Shown: positions 1 to 8,974 of the stretch, one piece after another
How positions within the stretch are numbered: the first letter of the stretch is position 1
Layout of the letters: each line of letters opens with the position of its first letter
Virus record (IMG/VR): IMGVR_UViG_3300037367_000013
Span: 1-61,849 of that record
Source of the DNA: a virus
Taxonomy: Duplodnaviria; Caudoviricetes
Strand: one strand, 5' to 3'
DNA length: 61,849 bases
Notes under the pieces: model-generated
Told to the model about the DNA's origin: nothing
The model's input: the letters and a program-made list of their open reading frames with translations, nothing else
The model's database searches: none
Made by a program: the position numbers and the translations under genes

Positions 1-127
1 TATAGCCTATAAATGAAATGAGCGAAATCACTGACAATGCCGCAATGGCCCTAAAACAGGCTATAGAAGCAGTTGGTAGCCAAGCTGCCCTAGCTAGGGC
101 ATTGGGCATAGCCCAGCCGTCTATTGC
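1..127. repeat. Terminal direct repeat copy 1 (assembly overlap of a circular contig)
   Basis: 1-127 is identical to 61723-61849. 127 bp is a common assembler k-mer length, and the repeat runs through the cro start. Confidence 0.95.
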
Positions 128-245
128 TGGGTGGCGTCGGGTGCCTGCTACGCGGGTATTGGCTGTGGAGGCCGCCAGTGGGGTTCCGCGTCATGTGCTT
201 CGTCCTGACGTATTCCCTGCCCCAGAAGAGCAGGTCGCCGAATGA
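18..245 (+). CDS. cro: Cro/YdaS-like HTH transcriptional regulator
   Basis: AIEAVGSQAALARALGIAQPSIAGW HTH and a C-terminal LRPDVF motif typical of the YdaS/Cro family. Confidence 0.85.
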   Translation: MSEITDNAAMALKQAIEAVGSQAALARALGIAQPSIAGWRRVPATRVLAVEAASGVPRHVLRPDVFPAPEEQVAE

Positions 246-757
246 CCATTTCCAGGGCCTTCCTCCAAAATATCCGCGAAACAGAACGCCCCTTCCTTCG
301 GCAAGCAATCGCGCTCTCCACCCATTTTTCGGAAACACGCGCGCTCGTTGCGGGAGAGGGCGGTGATTGGGGCGCGCTAAAAGCGATCCTAAAGGCCGAA
401 ATACTTGATGAAGAGGGCGGGGAGCATCTTAAGACGGTATTGGAGCGCGCCGACGAAAGCACCCAATACGCCGGGATGCTTGGCCTCGATATAAACAAGA
501 AAAATTTTTCTGACGAAAAGCCACAGAGAACGCCGCCTGTGCGTGCAGTCTCGGAAGTCCCCGATGATCATCCAACCGAATCCGTCGCTGTCAACCTTCT
601 AGCCAAGAGCGACGGCGAGCCTCCGGCAATTGCACACCCCTCAGCCGTGCCTTCCCCTGCCGGAGGCTCACTTAATTCCGACCTCAACGATATCCCACTA
701 TCCTCGCTCCGCACAGATGATGGCGGATTTGTGGATAACTTCCTGCTAAACATCTGA
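242..757 (+). CDS. Divergent GapR (DUF2312)-like N-terminal domain with low-complexity tail
   Basis: GGDWGALKAILKAEILD...YAGMLGL resembles the GapR pattern GFD.KAL..I...Y..ALGM; ATGA overlap with cro. Confidence 0.4.
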   Translation: MTISRAFLQNIRETERPFLRQAIALSTHFSETRALVAGEGGDWGALKAILKAEILDEEGGEHLKTVLERADESTQYAGMLGLDINKKNFSDEKPQRTPPVRAVSEVPDDHPTESVAVNLLAKSDGEPPAIAHPSAVPSPAGGSLNSDLNDIPLSSLRTDDGGFVDNFLLNI

Positions 758-1130
758 ATAATCTACAGTTTTGTAAGTTTTGCGTAGCCCATAGCCTGAC
801 AAAACGGAGCTACGCCGTTGACAACACTAGCAAAACCAACACTCGCCGACCTCCTTAGAGCCTACATTGCCGCCCGCATGCGGGTATTGGCCGAAAAGGG
901 GGCCAAATGAGGCCGATCAACGGTGGCACCGCATGGCTGGCCGCCTTCCTCCAGCACATCTCATTTGCGCGCTACTCCGTAGCGATCAGGAATATCCCTG
1001 GCTGTGTGCGCTCATGGAAAATTCTAATGCGCAATGGTGGCGTGAGTTGGACGCGGCGCGTGAACTCTGCCTGCACTACAAAATCAACAAACGATAATCG
1101 GGTTGCGCTTTCTTCCGTTGAGGGGAAGGC

Positions 1131-1418
1131 GTGATGGGCAAACGCCGGGACGATTGGCCCAAACTTCGCCGAAAGAACGATCATTTTACAACGGTCGAAC
1201 TCGCGTACATCAGAAAACGCTGCATTGACGGCGCAAAATCTATCGCTGTTGCCAAAGAACTTCGTTGCTCCGTTCGCTCTATCCAGACTCATTTTAACGC
1301 TCTTCGCGGCAGTTCACCTTCGCGAACCACTCGCAAGGAAGAGCGCCCAGAGCGCGTGCATCGTCCAGCGCCGCCCGCGTCATCGCGTCACTACAAATCA
1401 AATTTCGAGTTGGAGTGA
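1131..1418 (+). CDS. Small HTH protein
   Basis: FTTVEL...IAVAKELRCSVRSIQ HTH-like pattern. Confidence 0.5.
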   Translation: MMGKRRDDWPKLRRKNDHFTTVELAYIRKRCIDGAKSIAVAKELRCSVRSIQTHFNALRGSSPSRTTRKEERPERVHRPAPPASSRHYKSNFELE

Positions 1419-1422
1419 CGCC

Positions 1423-1959
1423 ATGCACAATTATTTTTCCGCAGCGCCTGCCAACTTTGATTGGACTAATGACCGCATTGAGCGATTGAAGGAGCTGTAT
1501 CAAGATGGCACCTCCTTCGGTCTAATCGCCCGCGATCTTGGGACGACCAGATGCAGCGCCATCGGCAAAGCGCATCGGCTAGGATTATGGCGCGGCAAAC
1601 ACGGCAACGGCCACACCTTCGTTCCCAAAAAACGCATTCCGCCGCATTCCAACGGACAAAATCTCAATCGGCTCTTTGCGCGCGTGAAAGCTGTGCAGTT
1701 GCCATTGGTTGATTTGGAACCTGAGCTGGTCAGCGATCCAATCTCATTCTTCGACTTAAATCCGCACCATTGTCGCTGGCCGGTTAGTGGCGAAGGTCTC
1801 ACGATAATGTTTTGCGGAGCAGAAAAGTTTGGCGAGGAAAGTTACTGCGCACATCATTATCGCATTGCGCATCTTTCCCGTTCCAATCGCATGACCGAAG
1901 CAGAACTTGAATTAAATCGTCGTCGCATGGCGAAAGTGAGAAAAGCTAAAGCAGCGTAG
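1423..1959 (+). CDS. gcrA: GcrA-family cell-cycle transcription regulator
   Basis: N-terminal WTNDRIERLKELY..G.S...IARDLG.TR.SAIGKAHRLGL and C-terminal CRWP...FCG...YC.HH; ATG at 1423 after GGAG. Confidence 0.9.
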   Translation: MHNYFSAAPANFDWTNDRIERLKELYQDGTSFGLIARDLGTTRCSAIGKAHRLGLWRGKHGNGHTFVPKKRIPPHSNGQNLNRLFARVKAVQLPLVDLEPELVSDPISFFDLNPHHCRWPVSGEGLTIMFCGAEKFGEESYCAHHYRIAHLSRSNRMTEAELELNRRRMAKVRKAKAA

Positions 1960-1969
1960 GAGTTTTGTT

Positions 1970-2164
1970 ATGTCCAAGCGTAAGCGTCGTCAGTGGTCAC
2001 AATATCAAGTGAAGCTCTTAAAAAAATATGCCGCCAAGATTCCAGTTTCATTCCTAGCTCCACGTTTAGGACGGACTCGTAATGCTACCCGTATAAAAGC
2101 TTATGAACTGGGAGTTTCTTTGAAGATTAGAGGTTTGGATCATTCTAGGAAAGTGGTTGCCTAA
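1970..2164 (+). CDS. Small basic HTH protein
   Basis: WS..QVKLLKK...LA.RLGRT..A...KA..LG pattern; AGGAG RBS. Confidence 0.55.
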   Translation: MSKRKRRQWSQYQVKLLKKYAAKIPVSFLAPRLGRTRNATRIKAYELGVSLKIRGLDHSRKVVA

Positions 2165-2236
2165 TCTCAGCATAGTCACACGACCGTTTGTAATTGCGTT
2201 GCGTTCAGTAAGTAAGAGCAAAAAGGGTAGAGCAAC

Positions 2237-2581
2237 GTGAGCGCGAGCGCAGATCGTCATTCCGTACCAATCCCTGGCGGCCAACAATGCCCGAAGTGTC
2301 GCGAGTTGATGCAACGCTTTGAGCATTCTGCCGCTTGGAGCCCGCTGCCGGGACGCAATTTCTTTCGATTTTGGGACCGTTGTTTCCCTTGTGGTCATAT
2401 TCAGCATTACGAGTGCGCTCGCACCGGAACTACCGCTACGCCTTTTGCCGATCCTCCTTTTGGTCCTCCGTTAGACGATCCTTTGCCACCATATACCGGG
2501 CGAATAGACCCATCGGATAACTGGCAGTCCGTTGGGGCGGTCGCACATCGCATGGTTGAAAAGATAAAGGCCGCGCGATGA
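2237..2581 (+). CDS. Zinc-ribbon hypothetical protein
   Basis: CPKC and CFPC pairs; coupled to the next gene. Confidence 0.5.
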   Translation: MSASADRHSVPIPGGQQCPKCRELMQRFEHSAAWSPLPGRNFFRFWDRCFPCGHIQHYECARTGTTATPFADPPFGPPLDDPLPPYTGRIDPSDNWQSVGAVAHRMVEKIKAAR

Positions 2582-3348
2582 CGATTGAACCGCTTACGCC
2601 ATCAGACTTGGATTTGCGCACGATGCCGTTCATGCCGCTGGACGTAGTTCGGCTGCGCGATAGCGACATAGCCTCCCAAGAGAGCGCGGAGGGCTTTCGT
2701 GCGGCTGTTCTGCTGTGGTGCGTATCTTGGCATCAAGTGCCAGCAGCATCCTTACCCAATGACGACGCCAAGCTTGCTAATTATGCTGGTTTTGGCCGCG
2801 ACGTAAAAGCTTGGAGCAAGATTCGAGATATTGCTTTGCATGGTTTTGTCGAATGCTCGGATGGCCGTCTATACCACCAAGTCGTCGCCATCAAAGCTAA
2901 CGAAGCAAACGCCAAACGAAATGCTTATCGACAACGTACCGCAAACGCTACGGAGTCCAGACGAAAGGCAAAAGAAGATCGTAGCGAACTACGTAACGAT
3001 GCAGCCACATCAGATCGTAACGTTCACCAAGGTAAGGTAAGTGTAAGGGAGAAAGAAAGAGAAGAAGATGCCGCTGACGCGGCTTCGTCGCCCAAAAAAT
3101 ATGAATTTGAAAGCGGGGTTATCCGTCTGGCCAACGTAGATTTTTGGCAATGGAAGGAGGCTTTTTCTTTTCTTGATCTTCGCGCCGAACTGCTTTCGCT
3201 TACTGATTTTGCGCAGAAAAATAGTGATCATTGGTTTTTTGCCGTTCAAGGTGCGCTTGCTAAACGAAATCGAGAGGCAAAATTGGCAAAAGAGCGTGTC
3301 GGCAAAGGCGAATTCAAGCTGATGAGCGGGATTGAGGGTGTGCTATGA
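2578..3348 (+). CDS. DUF1376/YdaU-like replication initiation protein
   Basis: FMPLDV.RLRDSD...LWC.SWHQVPAASLP.DD..LA...GF..CSDGRLYH motifs; directly upstream of the helicase. Confidence 0.8.
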   Translation: MTIEPLTPSDLDLRTMPFMPLDVVRLRDSDIASQESAEGFRAAVLLWCVSWHQVPAASLPNDDAKLANYAGFGRDVKAWSKIRDIALHGFVECSDGRLYHQVVAIKANEANAKRNAYRQRTANATESRRKAKEDRSELRNDAATSDRNVHQGKVSVREKEREEDAADAASSPKKYEFESGVIRLANVDFWQWKEAFSFLDLRAELLSLTDFAQKNSDHWFFAVQGALAKRNREAKLAKERVGKGEFKLMSGIEGVL

Positions 3349-4187
3349 CGGAAGAAAACATATTGCAGCTCGAAAAGATTCACAGGCATGGCCAGCGGGG
3401 GTATTTCTCATTAAAAAACGTACAGCAGGAACAATCCGTTGATGACGTGGCGCTCTCGTCCGGTTGGTGGGAACTTGATCAGATTTGGCGTGTCTATCCT
3501 GGCCAATTCACGATTGTCAGCGGCGTCCCCGGGCACGGAAAATCGACGTTCCTATTCAATCTAATAATTCAGCAATGGCGGACTAATCAGGTCCGCTCGC
3601 TTCTTTACGTACCAGAAAATGAACCCTATTTGCGCGCCACTCTGCGCAGAATTTGGGGCAATAAACCGGGCTTTGATGAGTTCGAGGCTGAAAACTGTTT
3701 TGTACAATCCTCGACGCCAGATAATTTTGATGATGAGCCGCAGGACTTGAGTTGGGTTTTGAATAAAGCGGTTCTTGCCATCAAGCGCGATGAGGTTGGG
3801 TTAGTCGTAATCGATCCATGGAATGAATTAGAGCACGCTAAGCCGCGCGATGTGCTTATGACCGATTATATTCGATATTGCCTGATGTATCTCAAACAGT
3901 TTTGCCGGGCTTATCGGATTGCTTTAATGCTTGTCGCTCACCCGACTAAAGCAATAGCAGAAAATGGCGGTAGGACGCCACTTTTATCGGATATTGAAGG
4001 CTCAATGAGCTGGTACAATAAATGCGACAACGGCTTGATTGTCGTGCGGGATTTTGAAGCAAAGAGCGCCAAGATTATTTCGGCCAAAGTGCGGGAGCGC
4101 GGCGCTGGCAAAGTCGGCAGTTGTTTTTTCAATGTTGATCCTGAGACGGGGATTTTTACCCCGCAATACGGGGCGGCGACGCCGTGA
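3345..4187 (+). CDS. SF4 (DnaB/Twinkle-like) helicase domain without primase
   Basis: Walker A GVPGHGKS, Walker B VVIDPWN, AHP motif, KVR arginine finger. Confidence 0.85.
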   Translation: MTEENILQLEKIHRHGQRGYFSLKNVQQEQSVDDVALSSGWWELDQIWRVYPGQFTIVSGVPGHGKSTFLFNLIIQQWRTNQVRSLLYVPENEPYLRATLRRIWGNKPGFDEFEAENCFVQSSTPDNFDDEPQDLSWVLNKAVLAIKRDEVGLVVIDPWNELEHAKPRDVLMTDYIRYCLMYLKQFCRAYRIALMLVAHPTKAIAENGGRTPLLSDIEGSMSWYNKCDNGLIVVRDFEAKSAKIISAKVRERGAGKVGSCFFNVDPETGIFTPQYGAATP

Positions 4188-4402
4188 TCGATCCTTGGGC
4201 GCACATCTTGGCAATTCTCACCGAAATTGAACAGCTAGACCACGAAAGCGGCGCGCATTTTCGGCAGGCGAGTGATCGTGAGGCCGGTCAGATCGTGGCG
4301 CGGATTGAGCGGAAGATGCTCACAAATCAAAAGGTCGAGGCGATTGCGTGACCGTGATGAGTCTTAGGACGCAATATCCTCTCATGAAACCAAGGACCTA
4401 AC

Positions 4403-4978
4403 ATGCACGGAGCACTCGCGTTGAAAGACACCGAAACAACCGAATTTAGCGGTAATCAAATTGCGCCGGCTGAGAAGTGGTGTGCGCTGCTGACGGAATC
4501 AAATGCAGAGCGCAAAGCATGTTTTTGGCTAAGGCTTCGCCAGTACCAGCCCTATTGGCCGCGCTACAAGGGAACCCGTAAACTCAATAGGCATCGCCGC
4601 ATAGACGGCTGGCGCAGTGTTATTGCCGGTTATATTTTTCTGCCGCTATCAGCAGGCGTTATCCCCAATTGGCAATTGATTGAGAAAACCCCCGGCATTC
4701 GCACTATCGAGCGCCCGGACGGATCAAAAATGTTTTTGAATGACGACGACATGGCGAACCTACGGCGCATAGAAGAAGCTCTCAATGCCTCAGTAGTAGC
4801 GGCTGCAAAAGGAATTCCTTTCAAGGTCGGCGAGAACGTCAGGTTCACGCTTGGGCTGCGGGAATTGGTCGGCACCATTATCGAAATTGACAAGCGCGGG
4901 CAAATCACCGTAGAGACAAAGCTATTCGAGCGTTCTGTACGGATGACAATACCCGCATCCGACATTGAAGCGTTGTAG
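4403..4978 (+). CDS. NusG-paralogue transcription antiterminator
   Basis: NGN-like N-terminus (W.ALLTESNAE.K, GYIFL) and KOW (FKVGENVRF.LG); occupies the Q position before the late genes. Confidence 0.85.
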   Translation: MHGALALKDTETTEFSGNQIAPAEKWCALLTESNAERKACFWLRLRQYQPYWPRYKGTRKLNRHRRIDGWRSVIAGYIFLPLSAGVIPNWQLIEKTPGIRTIERPDGSKMFLNDDDMANLRRIEEALNASVVAAAKGIPFKVGENVRFTLGLRELVGTIIEIDKRGQITVETKLFERSVRMTIPASDIEAL

Positions 4979-4983
4979 CCATA

Positions 4984-5160
4984 GAGTTTGCCCGGAAGGC
5001 GGCAGGGTTCGCCCCAAGGGCCGCGGACATTCTTCGAGCCGCTATCAGCAATATTTTTGCTACTGGCTACGCCGTTCAAATTCAATGGCAACTCGGCCGA
5101 TCAGGTTGACGCCCCCGCGCGGGCGAAGTGATGGCGCTTTCAAATATTTAGTCGCTAAAC
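4984..5160 (+). promoter_or_regulatory. Structured late-operon leader
   Basis: GGG-UUCG-CCC hairpin (5005-5014) within GCGGC/GCCGC, further short hairpins, and possible long-range GAGTTTGCC/GGCAACTC pairing. Confidence 0.45.
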
Positions 5161-5499
5161 ATGGCAGCCAGAAAAACAGCATCGAAGGGCGGCAAGCCCG
5201 ACAAGCTAATGCGGGATGCGCTTTCGATTGAATTGCATCGTGAAGTGGACGGTGCCCCATACGGGTCCGCAAAACCAATTAAGCGCTTGCGTCTTGTCGC
5301 TCATGCTCTTGTCGAAAAAGGGATAAACGGCGATACGGCGGCCATTAGGGAAATCAACGACCGCATGGACGGCAAGGTTCCGCAAGCTATCGTTGGCGAT
5401 GACGATCACGCTCCTGTCCGTGTCAGCGATGCGACCGATGAGCAGCGTGCCCGCGCACTAGCGGTATTCATGGCAAAGAACGCGGGTAAGACGGCGTGA
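5161..5499 (+). CDS. Probable terminase small subunit
   Basis: First late gene; GDTAAIREINDRMDGKVPQ motif common in small TerS-like proteins. Confidence 0.55.
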   Translation: MAARKTASKGGKPDKLMRDALSIELHREVDGAPYGSAKPIKRLRLVAHALVEKGINGDTAAIREINDRMDGKVPQAIVGDDDHAPVRVSDATDEQRARALAVFMAKNAGKTA

Positions 5500-5678
5500 G
5501 CAAAGAAGCCATCGTCCGCCAGCAAATCCTTGGCCGTCTTGTTCACATCCTCTCAAAGCTTATCATCCCGGAGGATGCGAACATGAGCGATGCTGATTTG
5601 GTTCGCGAGGTAGCGGCACGCCATGCCGATGCTCAGCCGAAATTGATTGAGCCGCCGCCTAATGAGGTGAAGTTATGA
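5496..5678 (+). CDS. Hypothetical protein
   Basis: Translationally coupled (GTGA overlap). Confidence 0.5.
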   Translation: MSKEAIVRQQILGRLVHILSKLIIPEDANMSDADLVREVAARHADAQPKLIEPPPNEVKL

Positions 5679-5848
5679 GGCGAGTTTTATGGCGGATGCT
5701 TTTGAGCTTATCTGTATTTATTGGCCGATTGGCTATCAAGCTTTACGAACCGGAGTCTTATGTTGTGCCGGGTTATGTGAGATTTGACGGGGAGGAGTTT
5801 GAAATTAAAAGGATTGATGTTCGATCCGGGCCGGCTGCGGTTTGAAAA

Positions 5849-6613
5849 TTGTCCATCGGCCACCGACCATCCGGCGATGAGCAAGACGAACTAATCCAGG
5901 CATCCATCGCATCGCTCTATTCAGCCCTTGGCGAAGCGGATACGCCACGCCTATTTGAACAATCCTACAAGATCGACACCGAGCACGACATTCCAACAGG
6001 CGGCGGTAATTCAGTTGACCGCAAGACCAAATACATTGACCGCGTTTTGTATCAACAGGTCATGGACGGCGAATTCAAAGCCACCGGCCTGCTACCGTTT
6101 CAAATTATAGATCGCTGGCTTGACCACGAACATTCCGAAAAGTGCATTGCTGACGGGAATAATGCGGTTGACGATTATCTGCCGTGTCATCGCAGAGCCT
6201 TACGCAAAGAGCATGAGGGCGTTCTGGCGATACTCGGCAGAACTCATGCGGTAGAAAAGATCAAACGATACGAAGGAACGATCTGGCCTGCGCTGTTGCG
6301 CTGCTACCATCGGGACATCAAAAATCCACCGAAAGATTTGTGGTGCGCTCCGGTTCTGGATCAACCGACAGAGCGTGACGAAGAAATCCTCGAAATCTTC
6401 CGCAAGCTTGGCGTGATCGACGCTTCCAAGCGTGCAAAGTACGAAGTTCACTACGGGTTTGGCCCGCGCGACTGCGACAAATGCCGTGGCTGGAATCCAG
6501 ACCTTGTCTCACAGGAACACGGCCAGCTAGCGGCCTGCAAAAGAGTGGTCGGCTTAGTTAGGCAAGATCGCCACTGTGACCTGTTTTTACCAATCAAGAA
6601 TTCCTCGGCCTGA
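5849..6613 (+). CDS. Protein with HExxE motif and C-terminal HiPIP-like four-Cys domain
   Basis: HEHSE; C-terminal KYEVHY...CDKC...CKRVVGLV....HCDLF. Confidence 0.5.
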   Translation: MSIGHRPSGDEQDELIQASIASLYSALGEADTPRLFEQSYKIDTEHDIPTGGGNSVDRKTKYIDRVLYQQVMDGEFKATGLLPFQIIDRWLDHEHSEKCIADGNNAVDDYLPCHRRALRKEHEGVLAILGRTHAVEKIKRYEGTIWPALLRCYHRDIKNPPKDLWCAPVLDQPTERDEEILEIFRKLGVIDASKRAKYEVHYGFGPRDCDKCRGWNPDLVSQEHGQLAACKRVVGLVRQDRHCDLFLPIKNSSA

Positions 6614-6679
6614 TCGCCGCCGTCAAGCGCGCTCGAATCCTTAAACCTTCCGCCGGCCCACCGGCAATAGGAGATCGAT

Positions 6680-7324
6680 ATGAACAAGCGACATCTTGCG
6701 GTGGCCGCTGGCGTGCTGGCCCTCGTTACTGGCGGCGTGGCGTATAGTGCTGGAAACTGGTCAACGCTGCCTCAAGTCGGCGAACCGTCGTTCTGCGTGT
6801 CCACCGTCAGCGGTACGGCATCGCCGTCGAACTCGCCGTACCTGCAGCCGCCTGGTTCAACGCAGGGCACTGGCTCATCCATCTGCGCACAGACCGTTCC
6901 TGCGGGCCCTGTGGGCCTGACCGGCAATGAAATCATCCCGGCCGATACGCAGCTCACTGGTTCAGCGGCACCGCAGACCGTGACAATCCCGGTTCTGTTG
7001 TTCGACAGCGGTGCGTTCAATTATGTTCAGGGTTATAGCACTTTGCTGTCCGGCACAAACGTTGTTATCCCGAACAACACCAATGTCGAATTGCTTGATC
7101 CGTCCCAGACTGTAGGGACATTGAGCGTTACGCTACCAGCCTCCCCGCTCAATGGTCAGATGGTCCGTCTCGCTTCGACCCATACGATCACGTCACTTTT
7201 GATGATAGCGCCGGGCACTACGATCAACAATTCACCGACCGCGCTGACGGTTTCGACCACTGGTGCGTACAACTATGATTTCATCTATGACTCCCCGCTG
7301 TTGACGTGGTTCCGGGTTCAATAA
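6680..7324 (+). CDS. Exported Ser/Thr/Pro-rich virion-type beta protein
   Basis: Sec signal MNKRHLAVAAGVLALVTGGVAYS/A; two Cys; C-terminal fibre-like LLDP...TLP.SP.NGQ; AGGAG RBS. Confidence 0.75.
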   Translation: MNKRHLAVAAGVLALVTGGVAYSAGNWSTLPQVGEPSFCVSTVSGTASPSNSPYLQPPGSTQGTGSSICAQTVPAGPVGLTGNEIIPADTQLTGSAAPQTVTIPVLLFDSGAFNYVQGYSTLLSGTNVVIPNNTNVELLDPSQTVGTLSVTLPASPLNGQMVRLASTHTITSLLMIAPGTTINNSPTALTVSTTGAYNYDFIYDSPLLTWFRVQ

Positions 7325-7370
7325 GCTGGGATTTCTCGGCTTCATTGTTGCCGCTACTTTCTGGCCTGGG

Positions 7371-8510
7371 ATGGCCGGGGCGGCAGAAACTTCGCGGTGG
7401 GTGACGTTACTCGTAGCTTTGCCCACTGCGCTATTCTTCGTGAACGTAAAGCCAAATCAAATCCATTGGCTTGGTTTTGCGTTATTGATCTGGGCTGAAT
7501 TGTCGCTGGCATGGACGCCAGTTCCTTACGACGGTCTGTTTGCGCTAGGCCAAATGATCCTGATCGGACTGGCGTTCCTGATCGGATGCGGCGTTGACGA
7601 TGCGCGGCCGATTTATCGCGGGATGGGAATAGGACTGTGGATATCGTCTGTGATCTGTGTCCTGCAGTTCTTTGGTTACAGTCCGGTCATTTCGCAATTT
7701 GTGCCGTCCAGCCTGTCCATGGCGTGGTTCTCCGACGTTGGCGCTGTCTATCCGTCCATTATTCAAGCTACGGGTTTATTCGTTAATCCAAACACGCTTG
7801 GCGAAATCAGTGTTTTGGTTCTCGTTGCACTTGCCGTCGATCAATCCCGCGTGTCTCTGATTATCGCAGCAGGCGTGTTGCCGTCACTTGTTTTGAGTGA
7901 GTGTCGATCAGCGATGGTAGCCGGTGCGGTCTGTGCTGTCCTATACGCTCTCAAGCGATGGTCATGGCGTGCAACCGCTGTCATTCCGATACTCGCTGTC
8001 TGTGTATTTGCGTTAGCAAGGTTCAAATGGCTCCATGGCGCGCTCGGCGAGGAACGTATCTCTATATGGCGGGATACTTGGAATGGGATTTCGTTTTTCG
8101 GCAATGGCGTTGGATCGTTTGTTTCAGCGTTCCCGAAATTCGCCACGCTGATTGATACGACGCAGGTTCAGCCTTCCCGTGCCCATAATGACGCGCTCCA
8201 AATCTTATTCGAGCTTGGTGTTCCCGGTTTTATCCTCGCAACGTTCTTGGCCGTCATGCTTTTGTTTCGTGCGCAGGAGCGTGAGAGACTGGCTCTTATC
8301 GCCTTCGGTATTACCGCCATGTTCGGCTTCCCGCTTCACAATCCAGCCACCGCGTTTCTGGCCGGGATTATTGCGGGCCATGCTGCTAGAGGTTGGTATA
8401 GCGTGCGCGATTTTCATGTCGCTCGCCGAATATCACTATACCCAGGGCGGCAGTCTCATGATTCCGGGCGAATTAGAATCCGCAGCGCGTTTGTTTCCGT
8501 TCGACCGTGA
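7371..8510 (+). CDS. Wzy_C-family membrane glycosyltransferase (O-antigen ligase / O-oligosaccharyltransferase-like)
   Basis: About ten hydrophobic segments; GLFVNPN.LG, ECRSA, R.SIW, G.G.GSF and AHND.LQ.LFELG motifs. The start may lie slightly upstream. Confidence 0.85.
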   Translation: MAGAAETSRWVTLLVALPTALFFVNVKPNQIHWLGFALLIWAELSLAWTPVPYDGLFALGQMILIGLAFLIGCGVDDARPIYRGMGIGLWISSVICVLQFFGYSPVISQFVPSSLSMAWFSDVGAVYPSIIQATGLFVNPNTLGEISVLVLVALAVDQSRVSLIIAAGVLPSLVLSECRSAMVAGAVCAVLYALKRWSWRATAVIPILAVCVFALARFKWLHGALGEERISIWRDTWNGISFFGNGVGSFVSAFPKFATLIDTTQVQPSRAHNDALQILFELGVPGFILATFLAVMLLFRAQERERLALIAFGITAMFGFPLHNPATAFLAGIIAGHAARGWYSVRDFHVARRISLYPGRQSHDSGRIRIRSAFVSVRP

Positions 8511-8790
8511 ATACCGAAGGGCACCGGCTCAATTTATTATTCGCGAGAATGTGTGGGAACAGCCAAGTTACGCAATCGCCCAACTGGAAGCCGCAAAGAA
8601 ATTCGATCCTAACTCGAAATATCTTGAGGAATGGATAGCCGAGTTTGAGCGGCGCCAAGAATTTGCCGCAGCAATACCAAAATGCACCGGCTGTGACCTG
8701 CATTATGCTGGCATAGGCTGGTTTAATCCATCATTCGGTTCGTCCGACGATCTCATCCCCTACATGCACAAGGAGACTACCAATGGCTGA
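8380..8790 (+). CDS. Membrane-anchored TPR-like helical protein overlapping the Wzy_C gene
   Basis: N-terminal hydrophobic helix; AARLFPF and LEAAKKFDPNS TPR-like turns; overlaps the upstream ORF by 131 nt in the +1 frame. Confidence 0.55.
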   Translation: MLLEVGIACAIFMSLAEYHYTQGGSLMIPGELESAARLFPFDREYRRAPAQFIIRENVWEQPSYAIAQLEAAKKFDPNSKYLEEWIAEFERRQEFAAAIPKCTGCDLHYAGIGWFNPSFGSSDDLIPYMHKETTNG

Positions 8791-8950
8791 CGATATTGGT
8801 TCAATCAAATCCATCAACGGGACTTCCATGGCGCTCAACAATCAGGCCGGACAAGGGACGGTGAAGCCTTCGGCGAGCGGTGGAAAGTCCGATCCGGGCG
8901 GCACGAAGCCCCCGATGGAAAAGGAAGTTACGCCAGCTATGCCGAAGTGA
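8783..8950 (+). CDS. Small low-complexity protein (55 aa)
   Basis: AAGGAG RBS, MADDIGSIKS...PAMPK; below the ORF-track cutoff. Confidence 0.55.
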   Translation: MADDIGSIKSINGTSMALNNQAGQGTVKPSASGGKSDPGGTKPPMEKEVTPAMPK

Positions 8951-8974
8951 ATTGCAGCGAGCGCGGGGCTGTTC

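Noticed and set aside
1-127. Biological terminal repeat of the virion DNA
   Set aside because: Its length equals a standard assembly k-mer and it cuts through cro; better explained as a circularisation overlap.
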